DNA of 63,992 nucleotides, filler included, from Platydemus manokwari (Eukaryota): NCBI GenBank assembly GCA_037951405.1. It is 6 parts of 6 records of this genome, joined end to end, with 100 filler letters (N's around TTAATTAATTAA, not from the genome) between each part and the next. Parts side by side here need not be neighbours in the genome. Positions count along the whole stretch, not along the records: positions 41,248 to 53,392 come from JBBMOY010287781.1; positions 53,493 to 63,992 come from JBBMOY011129107.1; 4 more parts are not named here. One strand, 5' to 3'. Shown piece by piece: positions 41,148 to 54,245 of this stretch (position 1 is its first letter; each line of letters starts with the position of its first letter). The notes under the pieces were generated by a model. It saw only the letters and a program-made list of their open reading frames with translations, ran no database searches and was not told where the DNA came from. The position numbers and the translations under genes were made by a program.

Positions 41148-41247
41148 NNNNNNNNNNNNNNNNNNNNNNNNNNNNNNNNNNNNNNNNNNNNTTAATTAAT
41201 TAANNNNNNNNNNNNNNNNNNNNNNNNNNNNNNNNNNNNNNNNNNNN
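41148..41247. other. Artificial contig spacer N44-TTAATTAATTAA-N44
   Basis: Same 100-nt linker. Confidence 0.97.
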
Positions 41248-43239
41248 AGAGAATCAACAATAAAACTTGGCAAATTCTAGAAATCGATGAACACAAGCAT
41301 TTGATGATGATATCAGGCAAAATGTAGACACAACACTAAGGTTTCCTTTGCAACAGATTTGTTGTGTACTAAATACCCAAATACTTGTTTGTTACATAAC
41401 TTACATTCAAAACGTGATATCGCCACAGAATTACAAAATAATTATGATTATTTCACATATTTTCTGATAGATCATTCCCTGAACAATATTCAATTATTTG
41501 ACTTCGTTTTTCACTTAAATTACATAAATTTGTTTTTTATAATTTTATATTTTATTATAATTTTATAATTCAATAAACACTTTATAATTTAATAAATGTA
41601 ATGATTTTTAAATTACCATCAATACCCCTGAAAACATAAATTGATAATGGTTGATGAAAGAATCAATAAATAAGTATAGATTTATTGTAATTTATTTGCA
41701 CATATCATTCATACGAAATAAATCGTTTTGTGAACATTTTTTTGGTAATTAATTTTTTCAAATTGCCTCAGAAATATAATTATTGTTGAGTGTACCGGAT
41801 GTAGAGCACAGCAATACTATCTAGCTAACTGGCATCTTAACGAAAGAAGTTGAAATATAAGGTATATTTCTTCAATAATTTACAACTTGAGTCAAATAAT
41901 ACCACCAAATAATACCAAGGACTTAACCCTTATTGAAGTTTAGTCACAATCACAGATCAAGTTTACTCACGAAATTGAGATACTACCCAAGGAGCTGCTC
42001 TTGGTTTTTACTACAACACTGGCTCGCGTAACAAAATTACCAACGCTCTACACTATCACTTTTATACAGGTCTCGGTATTCGGGAAACACCGTCCACGAA
42101 TATTCTAAAAAATATTGATATGAAAAATTAATAACCTTTTCGTGAGTTTCAATGCAAATGTTCTAATAATCATCAAATAATCTGGCAAAACCATTAACTG
42201 ATCTGTGCTCTTCTCTTTTTCTGTTATTTTCTATCATAGGAAATCACTAGTCTGTGTTCAGTTATTTTTCTAATATGCGACTGTCAATTGCCACCACTTT
42301 TATAGTAAGATTTTGCTATCGACACTTGCAGCAAAATCACCGAGTTGAAATGTACAGTTAACTCCCAAATTAAGATCAATGTCGCTTGATACGTATCTAT
42401 AATTTTTTTATTATTAAATTATTTACTAATTATTTATTTTATTTCATATGAAGAACAAATTATTTTCTTATATTAATTTTGAAATCTTTATTTAATTCTG
42501 ATTTTCATTTAATAATTATTGTTTGTCAATAATAATTTTATTTTAAAATTATTTTTTTTCGTTTAACTTTTATTATGAACAATTATCCCTTTATTTTCTC
42601 TATCTAAATGTAAAATTTAACTTTAAATATACAATATTTATTTTCAATTTATCCTATTATTCTATTACATGAAGGGCTCTTTAATATTTTTAACAACTAA
42701 TTTAAAAATGTGGACCTAGCTGAAGATTGATTTAAAGATTATTCTATATTAAGAGTGATTAGACCATTTAAATTTTAAAGAAAGTTGAAATTCTATAAAA
42801 TAACTTGAGATTATTTTTAAAATAATTAAATAAAATGTTTTAAAAATATTGACAGAATATTATGGATTCTGGACGAAACCACCAATGACAGTGATGTGTA
42901 AAGATGTAATCTCACAAAAAAGGTTAACATGAACTTAATTTTAAACTTAATTCGAAAATGATACATTCAAAGCAAATATTAATAATCTTATAATTGAAAA
43001 TTTTATGAATGAAAAAAGAGTTATAAAACAATTATTAAGTCATTATAATAATTTAAAAAATAAATGGACAAAAGTTGATAGTGGTCTAAAGCATGTCATT
43101 TTACCACCTGGAGAAATATTAACTATATTAACAACTATTTTACCAGTTCTTTCAGGTGTTGGAATTGCTTTATATTGTGGTGTCAGAGTTGGTTTATTTA
43201 CAACAATAAATTCTGGTATACAGTTTATCGATTAATTTT

Positions 43240-43530
43240 TATAGATTTGGAGTATTATTGGCAATCAAAGCAATATCATCAGCGTAAGCTAGAACCTTAA
43301 CAGAGCTATTGAGAAACTAGGAACTGATAAAATTTCAATGTCTTCAAGTACTGGATTAATTGCTAAAGCAAACAGTATCATCGATATAGGACACACCCTG
43401 TTTGACTCCTTTTTGAATAGGCAAGTCTGATGTAGTAATAGGTCCACAAACATAAAATGAGCTTATATCAGTATAGAACAATTCAAGAAAATCCAAAAAT
43501 GAGTCATTATCACCTACAAAAAGCAGCAGA
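43240..43530 (-). mobile_element. Non-LTR retrotransposon RT fragment
   Basis: Minus strand: KGVKQG (frameshift) CPISMILFALAINPVLE, then VLAYADDIALIA (RT domains 4 and 5). Confidence 0.9.
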
Positions 43531-44654
43531 CCTGATAGATATTTATGTTATTTATTCCAATGGATCTCCGTAAAAATCTTTAGTTGTAAATTTTCGTTGA
43601 TCACTTTTTTCTCGTTTTCCAATATTGATTAGAGAGATTCCTAGGTTTCGAAAGTAACTTGATGATATTTAATTTGATGGTACTAAATGTAATTTGAAGT
43701 TTCCAATATTCTTTCAACTATTTGAGATTGCCAATGAATAATAAATATCCAATACTATGCATTTCAAGCAATAATAATTTATATTACACCAAATAACCTC
43801 ATGTAAATTCAAAGACACCAAAACAAAATGAGTTGTTAATAAACCGAATATGTACATTTACAATAAATTGAAATAATAATTATATAATCATTATAAATAA
43901 TTATAATAGTAATGAATATCATAAGCATTTTTGAAGTTTAAATATTGTATTTAAATAAAATGAAAGATTTAAAAATTTTCAAATCATTAACATGAGGCAT
44001 CTTATTTATATAATAAATCGAATCTTGGTCGAATATTTCAACATTCGGCATTTAACCAGTAAATATTAATGAGGGAGGGCTGATTAAACAAATCTACTTC
44101 AATGAAATAAAGTTCATTCAAAATCTAAAGGAACAAAACTGATATTTATTGACCAACAATACATTTAACAAAACAAAACAATAAACTAATATGAAACAAT
44201 CACGAACATAGCGATGAAATTAGTAAACAATCATATATTAAAATCAATATTATAAATAAATATATTAATATTACAAATAAATTAATAAGTAAATAATTAT
44301 TAAAAATAAATATCGGATTACTAATATAAATCATTAAAATTTATCATCATATGGATTTATAATAAATAATGTTTTAAAAGACGGGATCAAAACGTCAATA
44401 TCAAATAATCATCTTTTAAAAACAATGTAATGAACATAGTTGGTAAAAAAACCAAAACTTAAATAACATATGAAGTATGTGACACAATGTAAGAATGATA
44501 TGAAATAAGTACAGACAACAATAAAACGAAAATAACAATTTTAAATGAAATTTAACTAAAAATAGAGTTATCAATTAATTAAAAATAATAAATAAATAAA
44601 AATAAATATTGACGAAAATGATGTCAATGTTGGTAAATAGTTTGCAAATCCTAT

Positions 44655-45507
44655 TCAAATATTTGTAGTGATAAGGCTTCTTACAAAATAAGCTCCTCCA
44701 GCGTGGTCGTATAAAGAACAATGATTTCCTACCATAATAGTAAAAGAAATACATCTCAGAATTTCCAAACAGTGTATTCCACATTCAATATTTGTTTGAA
44801 CATATAATTCCATGAAATGGTTGGCGTTACCATAACTTTTGATCGGCCCAATTAAATGATCTAAAATAATGTTATCAATTATCACAATTAACCTGAATAA
44901 TATACAAGTCATTGTGTTCATTTTAACAAACCGATAGCCAAACACTTCGACTTCACAGATATTTATTGCCTTTAGTTCGTAAGATTTGAAAATAACCAGT
45001 GTTCTTGAAACCTGAGAAAAATCAATGATCATAAAACCAGTTACAAGTCAATACAAGTCTATCAAATTTCAGTTCAATAGTCGGACTTCTTGCTGGTTCT
45101 TTATAATAGCTAAAGTTGTAAAATTTTGAAGAGTTCAATGAGAACGTCGAATAATTGTCATAACTACCATAAAATGATAAATATTCGGTTCCATAATCTA
45201 TATTTAAATTTGGTTATATTAATATAAATGAATACTGCAAAACTAACTCTCAATTCTATTGTAAATCCGTACCATTGTAATCATTGAAACATGATGAAGA
45301 ACTACCATCCACCATTTTGTAAAGCCCACACCATCACTCTGATAACATGATTCTAAAATCATAATTAAATCAAAGATCAATGAATGTTTTTACTGCTTGT
45401 CATTTCTCGGTCGTAATTTCCATCAACACACTTATCAGGCGAATAACATTGGTCAGAACAATAAACACTTGCAGCTAATGTTGGTCTATTTCTTGAAAGT
45501 AGTTGAA
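44655..45507 (-). CDS. F-type lectin (FTP / F5-8C-like) domain plus PAN/apple-like domain protein; 5' exon not located
   Basis: Spliced exons give LLSRNRPTLAASVY...PDKCVDGN...SCYQSDGVGFTKWWMVVL....ITMVRIYNR...INICEVEVFG (FTP signature), followed by ECGIHCLEILRCISFT....CSLY (PAN pattern). Confidence 0.8.
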
Positions 45508-47399
45508 CTGAAAATATTTATTTAAAAACGCCACTCAAAATTTATTTCAGTGCTATCATTGATATATCAGGTTCAAAAGAACAAATTAATAATCAACTTT
45601 TCTAATTTAATCAAGGAAAGACATAAAGTAACTAACTGGGAAGATATAATATTTATATTAGGATTAATATTTGAAATCTTGAATCGATAATACTGAAACT
45701 TTTGAAGACAAAAAACTTTAAAATGATTTGTTATATATGAACGGAGGTTAGATAGAGCAAAACACAATCGCTAAATCCTATGTGTTTGTTGAAAGATGAA
45801 TATATAAATACGAATGAATCTGAGAGTATTTGTTAGGTGAATTGTATTTCCGAGAATCAGTACTACATGACAATTGAACAAGACATCAAATTTTATTTGC
45901 AAAACTTGAATAAAATTTATAATAATTTTACTGTTAGTAATAATGTTTATACTTTTATTAATGATAATGAAGATTTATAGTATATAACAATGGTTTTAAA
46001 GAAAAATGTTACGTCTCTGTAGAAAATAAGTAAATTAAAATGAATTATAGAAAACTTATATTGAGAATCAATGTAAAACATGTATCCATAGAAAATAAGT
46101 TGATTATGAAAACAAAAGATATCAAACATATTAACGATATAGATTAAGAAAAACTATCTTTAATAATAAACGAAATTCTTTAAAAAGAAAGAATTCTCTA
46201 ACATCGGAAGAGTATCATGGTCTTCCAATTGAAATTTTCAAAATATAGTATGTCATGAGATAATGAAGGATCAAATTGACATATGCATTTGGTTTCAGTA
46301 ATGAAGAAGATAGATGTATCAATCGAATAAATTTTAGACTATTAACAGGTAGTAAGTATTAACAAGAATTTAAGGAAAAAGTGACAAAATTAATATAAAG
46401 GTTTATATATTCAAGGGAATTGAGGTAGAAATATTTAATCCAATAAAAAATTGTTAATGACTACCATTTAGCTTTAAGTGAGGAAGAATGAGTTGAACCA
46501 AACAGATTAGTATCAATTCCGTCTTCGTGTTCGAAATAGATTCAATTTATTTACTTGTATATTGTGTTTATCAGAACATTTTCATAACATCTTGAAGGTT
46601 ATCTTAATTATTAAATTAACATTCTTTACACTAAACCATATTCTTTTCGAATTCAATTTTTGTTATTAACAATAATCTTTACATTATATCAACAACATTT
46701 TTATCTTATTTCAATCGAAATTGTATTGTGGGATCATGTTTTTTATTTTACTTCGAGAAATAAAATTCAACGTTTAAAGATTCATTGTCATTTATATCTT
46801 GATAAATATGTAACTCCCTGTATCCATATATGTAATATATCAATATTTTCTACTCATTTTAGTTTTAAAATATGATAATAAAATTATATTCTATTAATAA
46901 TTGATAATTTCAGTATGCAAAAATTGGTTTATGCAATTTTTCTTTTCAATGAGATAATGCATTGCAAATAATTCATTACTAAAGTTTGGAAATCTTTTAT
47001 AAGTATTTTTTTTCTTGCTTTATATATTTTCTATTTCTTCCTTATATTTTCTATTGTTTTCCCGAAGAAGCTGTTGTTAATTTACTTCGACATATCTTTT
47101 TTGAAGTAGGATGTATCTATAGTTCTTAAATCAATATTTAATTGAATATATTCTTTCAAACATGGTCTCGGATTAAATGATAATTAGTTTTATTTTCATC
47201 ACCGTTTTTCAAAAAATCTGTAGATTTCTATAATGACCTAAATAATTATATTGATCTGTTAAATTACAAATCAATAACTCTGATAAAGAAATATTTTTTT
47301 CTTATCTTGTCTCACACAATAATATTTTAAAATCTAATTTCTTTATCTCAGTTGGTAATGGAAAATCTTTTGTAAATTCTTTATCTTGATATTTCAACA

Positions 47400-48270
47400 A
47401 TCTAAAATCAATCCATCTTTTTAGTCTCAGACGTAACTAATGAAATGAAAGAGTCGGATTTCCTTCATGAAAGCAAACGTAAGAAAGCTAACGTATCATC
47501 AGGAAAGAATTAGTAGCAATATATTATATATAGCGATATATTCACAGTAAGAACTGAACACAAATTGATCACATTCGTGCTAAAGACAAAGAACCCCATT
47601 ACTCTACAATGTCAAACCTGGCTAATTTACCTAACTAGTTTAGGTATAGACGTGATCTTCCGGAAAAGAGCGGATCATAAAAATGCATGTATTTTTTAAA
47701 GAAATGCCTGTACGTCAGTTCAGAAGGTCTAGATTGAAAAATGAAAACCGAGATATTAATAGTAGTGACAGGGAACAATGGAAAAGAAATACAGATTTAT
47801 AATGGTGAAAAGATACGATAGAAAAGGAATAGATCAAGAGCAAATTAGTAATCTCAAGTTCATAATAAAAAGTTAAGAAAACAAGATATGGATACTAGGA
47901 GAGTAAAGCAGAGAAGTGATGGAACACACACTCAAATTTCTGTGTCAGGCAGGAACGAAAGAAGTCATATAATATATAATATGAAAGGCATGGGAAAGAC
48001 ATTGGAACATAAAAAGGAGAATAGACAGATTTCGGTTAAAGAATAATGTGGCACAAAAACAAAATAAAAATAGGAAAACAGCAACTAAATGCAAGTTAGA
48101 AGATGGAGATAAGGTACTGATTAAGTAAAAGATGAGAAATATAGATCAGGAGACATATGAAAGCCCATACAAAATGACTGCTAAAAATCATACACGAATT
48201 AACATATTACAAAATGGTAACAATATAAAATTATGAAAAAGTTAAAGATTTTACAAAAATGGAAATTTGA
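47400..48270 (+). mobile_element. Decayed Gypsy-type integrase
   Basis: LQCQT zinc-finger remnant near 47605, SDR near 47765, GDKVLIK near 48105 and YESPYKM (GPY/F module) near 48157. Confidence 0.7.
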
Positions 48271-48649
48271 GGTTTATTTAAAATTACTATAATAATTTAA
48301 GTTTATATAATATCAAAATTATATAGTAAAATATATTTCTTTAAAAAATTATAATTAATATAATGATACAATATTGATATTCTAAAAAATCTTGCTTATA
48401 ATATACTGTTAACTTCTCAATTTAAAAATGTTAATATTAGAAGGATTGCTAAAAGTAATTTTGAATAAAAAAAATAACGATCTTATATAAAAATGTGGGT
48501 ATTTTTATCTTTAAAAAACGATGATAATTCAGATGGAAATCAATTTTAATATTTTAAAATTTGTTTTAAATAGAAGTATTATAAATATTGATTTTTTTGT
48601 TTTGTTGAAATCACGTTCTTTGATTTGAATATTGAAAATAAAGAACTAT

Positions 48650-49735
48650 TTGCACATGGCAATTTATCTTATTTTGCATGATGGTATCCAAATTTTGTGC
48701 TATTTTGTTTTTACTATGTTCTCCTAGAGTATTTAGAGTATTTAAAGGCCATTTGGTTTTATTCATTGTTTACTAGGTACTTTTTCTTTTAATCGTAGAG
48801 TTTTAATATTGTTGTTTCTTTTCTTTTTATTTTTCAAATTTGTGATAAACTTTGTTATCTTTTCTTACGTACTTCCATTTACTGATGTGATGCCAATCTT
48901 ATTTTTTCTATCATTTTTATTGTTTTTTATAACATATACTATTTATGTAATTTACTTATTTTTATTAATTACTTTGCTACAAAAAGCTTTACTTATATAA
49001 AAACTAACATGGCTACTATTGCTCCAATCCACTCTTCTGAATCGGAGCTTTGGCGCTTCGTTACTCAAATATTCATTCTCTAAATCGATGGTTTCTTGTT
49101 TCCCATTTTTTAATTAGGCGTCTTCACAACATTGTTAATTCGCTTTTTGAATTTTCCCTTCTAGTCAGTAGACAATCCTTCACTTCCTTTATTAACTGCG
49201 TTCTTCTCTTGTTTGAAATTTCTAAGCTTTTCCAAATTCTAACATCGGTTTCGTTATGTCTTCAATATTGATATCTTAAACATCTGATTATATTTTGGCA
49301 ATTTTTGGCTATGTAATCCCTTTCATTGCATGTGTGTTAGGCTACAACCTTTGGTGTGTAACGGTTTCGTGTTATAACATCTTGTTTATTAAAATCATAG
49401 CTAGCTCTGGTCTCAATTCTGCTTAATTGCACATTTAATCTATGATAAGCTTTATCTCTTATTAGCTAATCATCGGATGTAACAGCAGTCACGTTTTGTA
49501 CTTCTCATAAATCATCTAGATTTTTAATTACTGTTCTAATCTTTGGTAATTCATCAACGTTCTGCATTATATCTCTCTTTCTTCAATTCAATATCCTCTA
49601 AACAATGAACTGCCAGGAAAGCAACCAGATCCTTTTTCGTTGTTTTGTGCAACATAATGGTATCGGCAAAGTGTTCAATTTTTTAAAGAAATTTCTCAGA
49701 TTTCGTCTCCCTTATTAATTGGAAGGCTCATAACC
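48650..49735 (-). mobile_element. Decayed LTR-retrotransposon gag(-protease) with a possible PBS
   Basis: Minus strand begins ggttatgagcc near 49735; degenerate zinc knuckle TCNERDYIAKNC near 49297-49335. Confidence 0.5.
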
Positions 49736-50053
49736 AACATTGAACCAATGTTCTTATTAATTATATTATTTTTATTAATGCTATGAAATTCTTTTTATTT
49801 AGTGAATTTTATTGATTAATTCAGCGCGAACATATTGAAAAATTGTTACTGTTTAATGCTTATTAAATAAATAAAATAGAATAAAATAATGACATTCGAA
49901 ATCTGAAAGCACAAATTGATACTTATTACCGAAAATAAATTTATCAAAATAAAAATTAAACTACATGAGAGAATTATTAAATATAGCAGTGGAATTATTA
50001 GACAACCATATATAAAGATCAATAACATCAATAAATTAATAATTAAATATTCA

Positions 50054-51765
50054 TTAAAAGTCAATAGCTGTTAGCAATATATAATATTAAAATTTAGTAA
50101 GTTATTGATTAAAAATTTCTGAATACAAGTCATGCAAGAACTATATTATATTTATAAAATTAAAAGTTTCTTAAAGCATTTCAAAGAATTTACAAATATT
50201 AAACGTTCTAATATTATTTTATATTATTTTATATCATTTCGGTTTCATTCGCTTTTAGTGATAATTCGAAATAATAATGAATAAAAATAAAAATAACTCA
50301 AGTAAATAATGATAATAAACCAAAAAATAACAATCAATAATTACCATTTATATCAATGTTGTATTTCTCAACTTGGTTGTCATTACAGATACTCTCATCA
50401 CAATATTTGATCAAATCAATTTCAGTGGGAATTTCAACATTTTGCTTGATTGCGCATGACTTGTTAACCATGTAAATGTTTTCTGCCTTTCTCCATTTTG
50501 AAGATGTAACGCACATTGTACAATTTCCTTCGTATGTAATTTGTGTATATTGGCTGGTACAATTATTACACACCATGCAATTAATTTGTTTATATTTCCA
50601 TGGTCCTGACATTTCAGTGTAGTTTAACATAAATCGGTTAAATTATATTTTACTTTTCAAAATATTTTTCGTTTTATCATTACAAAAATTATGTTGACAG
50701 CATTGCCAGCCTTTTATACATATTTGTGAACATAATTTGGTGATTGAAGATAAATTAACTGGTGAAGTTACACAAAATGTGCAATTAACATAGATTTCAA
50801 TATTCTGATTTTCTTCCTCACAGTTCTGACAGACTTGACAATGGATCGGTTTTGTTTTCATGCTTTCGGACTTGTTTCCTATATTTATTTGGAAATGAAA
50901 CAATTTAATTTTTAATATAGTTTGTATATCTTGAAAAACAATTTAAAAGCACAAAATCTTGATGAATGTATTAGATAGAATTGAAATCTTACTTTTTGGT
51001 GATATTAGCCCTGGTCCGTTACACATATTAAAATTACAGAAAAGGTTTTTTTGGTCTCTAACAATGAAAAGACCTGTTTCAGTTTTGCATTTCATTGAGG
51101 TAACTAAAATACCAGGTCTAGTCCAGACGATTTCACAGTAAGTACATTTGTGACTTGTATCGTAATTGGTATCATTACCATTACAATTTGTGCATGTTTG
51201 GCATGATATTCCATTTTTGTTTACCAATACTTAAATATATTATTTCAAATATATATTTTAAAAAATAAAATAATTTTTGTTCCTAGAAATTAAGTCAATG
51301 GTAAATTAATATTTTTCATAAAAACATTCTCTTTAATATTATATCTAAATTTCTTAAAACAAAATCAAAATGAATAATTAAATTCTCACTCATATCTTTT
51401 GGATTTTTAGAAATTTCTTCATTACAAAAATCCTTATTGTTACAAAGTATAATTATATCGGTATCTATAAGTATTACAGGTGGAGATTGGTCCCAACATT
51501 CCTGTTTGATACGTAATGTTTTAGAATGTGGAAACGTGAATAATAAAGAATGACAATAAATACAATTTTGAACCAGATTTTTTTTAGAATTTTTTATCTT
51601 GCAATTTTTACAAGTATGGCATTTGATAGCATCATTTGGATAAAAATCTATTTTGATAAAATTACATGAATTAATCAATAGAGTAAAATGGAATATTACT
51701 AAATAAAAATCAAATCACTAACTTGTGAAATACAGAAGTGATACCAAAATGTATGCGGAAATCAT
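50054..51765 (-). CDS. Secreted protein with four tandem three-finger (Ly6/uPAR, CD59-like) domains; exons 51765-51723, 51647-51390, 51229-50993, 50878-50654, 50605-50345, 50067-50054 (~345 aa)
   Basis: Signal-peptide exon MISAYILVSLLYFT. Each of the next four exons encodes CxxCxNC...CxxC...C...C-x(4-5)-CN. All introns are GT-AG and phase 1; exon lengths 258, 237, 225 and 261 nt are multiples of 3. The last exon is tentative (alternative stop at 50334). Confidence 0.85.
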
Positions 51766-53392
51766 TTGGAGAAATGAAAAAGTGTTTTTCTTCTCAACTA
51801 TGAAGAATTTAATTAAAAAACTGAACCAATGATATTCATTTACGTGGTACAAATATAATTAAACATTTACAACAAATTATTTATTTATTTTGATATGCTA
51901 TATTTATATTTTGAATTATTATTTTTTGTGGAATTATTACTTTATTATCAATTTGTAAAAATAAAATATATGAACTTTTGAAGGTTAAAAATAAAAAGAA
52001 TAATTATACATTTAAATAAAAATAGAGAGTATCTATGCATGATGATTTAATAATTAATTAAAAAATAAATAATAATCTTAAAAAGAAAATTATTTTTATT
52101 TAAATTTTTTAATATTTTTATTAAATCGATTTTTGAGTTGAACTTCTGTGTTCATTTTCATTACACATTTAACAAAATAGTCTCAGCTTAAATCCTTAAA
52201 AACTTTTTTAGAATTTTGGAAGTTAATTTTACTTTGTATTAATTTTACTTAATATTCACAAAACCTCACTGGTTAATTATCACATCACTTTTTAAAGGAG
52301 AGAAATGACAGATAGATTTAAATTATAGATTTCAATAAAAAATCTCAAGCTCTGTTTACTAAGTCGAGATAAAATAAAAGCATTTATAACGAAACCTGGA
52401 ATAATTTTATATTTTCATTTATATAGAATTTTCTATAAAATTACTTTTTTTATTTTCATAAGTAACATATTGATGAAGATATTTCTTTATTATGTTTTCT
52501 TTTAAATTTTCTTTTAATTCATATTACTACCATCACATGCAGAGAAATAAGCAATAATGTTCTAAATCGCAACAATACAAATGTGATTCATTGTGTGCTA
52601 GTAAATTATGAAACATCAGAATCTTCATAACAACGCAATGAGAATCATGTACAACATTACGAATTGGATGAAACGCGTGTGAATGTGAAATCTGTTGACT
52701 ATACAATAAATGTGAACATGTTTTTAAAATTTGTTTAGAATGTCTATAGAAAAAATAATGAAATGTTAACTTAGATATTAATGTTTCAAATCTTATTGTT
52801 TTATTAGAATTTCAAATTTATATACGGAGGAAGACACAAAATTATTTTAATCAAAATTCGCAGATGGTTCATCAATCAATAAACGTGTATTGATAATGAA
52901 ACAAAAATGAGTCATACTTAAATGTCTTACAAATTCAGTTAATTCATCATTGGAAAAATCTTTATGATTACAACATATCACTATTATAGAAGATGCGTAT
53001 AAACCTTGCTTTGATAAATCGAAATAATTTTTGTGGATTTCTTACAATTATTTTGATTCGAACCAATACTAATATAACATTTGATGACATTAGCTGTGCA
53101 TAAAATATGTCAATATTTAAAGAACATAAACATAATAATTTATTATCGAGAGATATAATCAACATTTTCTTAACTAAACTGATATCAAAATATATTTGTA
53201 AATCAGTGATTGAAAAAGAAAAATATTTCTATGTCTATATATATCAATTAATCGCCATGTATAAACTAATGAATTTTCTCAATGTCGTTGAATTAAAATA
53301 AAATTTCGAAAATAATTGTTACAGCTACTCGTACTAAAACTTTTCATTTAATTCTAGGATAGTATTTAGTATCATTGTAATTAATATCTTTT

Positions 53393-53492
53393 NNNNNNNN
53401 NNNNNNNNNNNNNNNNNNNNNNNNNNNNNNNNNNNNTTAATTAATTAANNNNNNNNNNNNNNNNNNNNNNNNNNNNNNNNNNNNNNNNNNNN
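53393..53492. other. Artificial contig spacer N44-TTAATTAATTAA-N44
   Basis: Same 100-nt linker. Confidence 0.97.
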
Positions 53493-53774
53493 TAATTTAA
53501 TATTTTCTTCTTGTTGATCTTGAATTGATTTGTTTATATTTTCCTGTTTTCCCTCAATAGCTTTTAAATATTTATTTCCTTCTTCTATGGCTAATCGTTG
53601 TTTGGTTTGATTTTCAATAACTGGTTTTAGTAAAGGTTTAGAAAAATCTTCAATGTCTTGATTTAATAAAATCTTTGAATATTGTTTTTCTTCAGCATCT
53701 GTGTTTAATTTTTTTCTTAAAGTTATAATCTTTTTTAATTCTTCAATTCTTTTATTTAAATCAAATCCATTCAT
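53493..53774 (-). CDS. Intronless coiled-coil ORF of the putative Maverick, truncated by the spacer
   Basis: MNGFDLNKRIEELKKIITLRKKLN...DIEDFSKPLLKPVIE recalls the F.KP...P-containing uncharacterised ORFs of animal Polintons (from memory, not searched). Confidence 0.5.
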
Positions 53775-54245
53775 TTTTTTGAGATGATTAAAAAAACATA
53801 AGTTACACAAACCTACATTACTAATCTCTATGCAGATTCTAAATAATTTTTCTGATCAGGATAACGAATCTTAAAATCTATTACTGATAATTCATCATCA
53901 GTATAAACATCATATCTGATTTTATTTGGATCCATTTTTATAAATGGTTATTTTTAGTAGTGTTAAGGTATTACTCAAGTGTATATAAAATTGTCTTTTA
54001 TTTTTAAAAATGGGTGGTATGTCAAAAAATGATTTATTTATTTATATTATTTATTTATTTTTATTTTATTTATTTTTTTAATTTATTTTACTTATTTTAT
54101 TTTATATTTATTTTTTTTCATTAATTTTTTTATTGAAAAAAAATTATTTTTTAAACGAGGGGTATTTTTTTTTAAAAAAAAGTGGGGTATCTTTTTTTTT
54201 AATTTTTTTTGGGGTGTGCGCTATAATAGCCCTTTTCCCTCTACT
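53493..54245 (-). mobile_element. Probable Maverick/Polinton terminus
   Basis: Minus strand starts AGTAGAGGG at 54245 (Polinton TIRs start AGTAG or AGAG). A homopolymer-rich TIR-like tract with repeated A-run/tacccc units follows, then tightly packed intronless ORFs. Confidence 0.6.

Noticed and set aside
49846-50064. Hydrophobic 72-aa ORF as a TM/GPI tail of the three-finger gene
   Set aside because: Out of frame with the phase-1 acceptor at 50067; the hydrophobicity is explained by T-richness. Only RNA data can fully exclude it.
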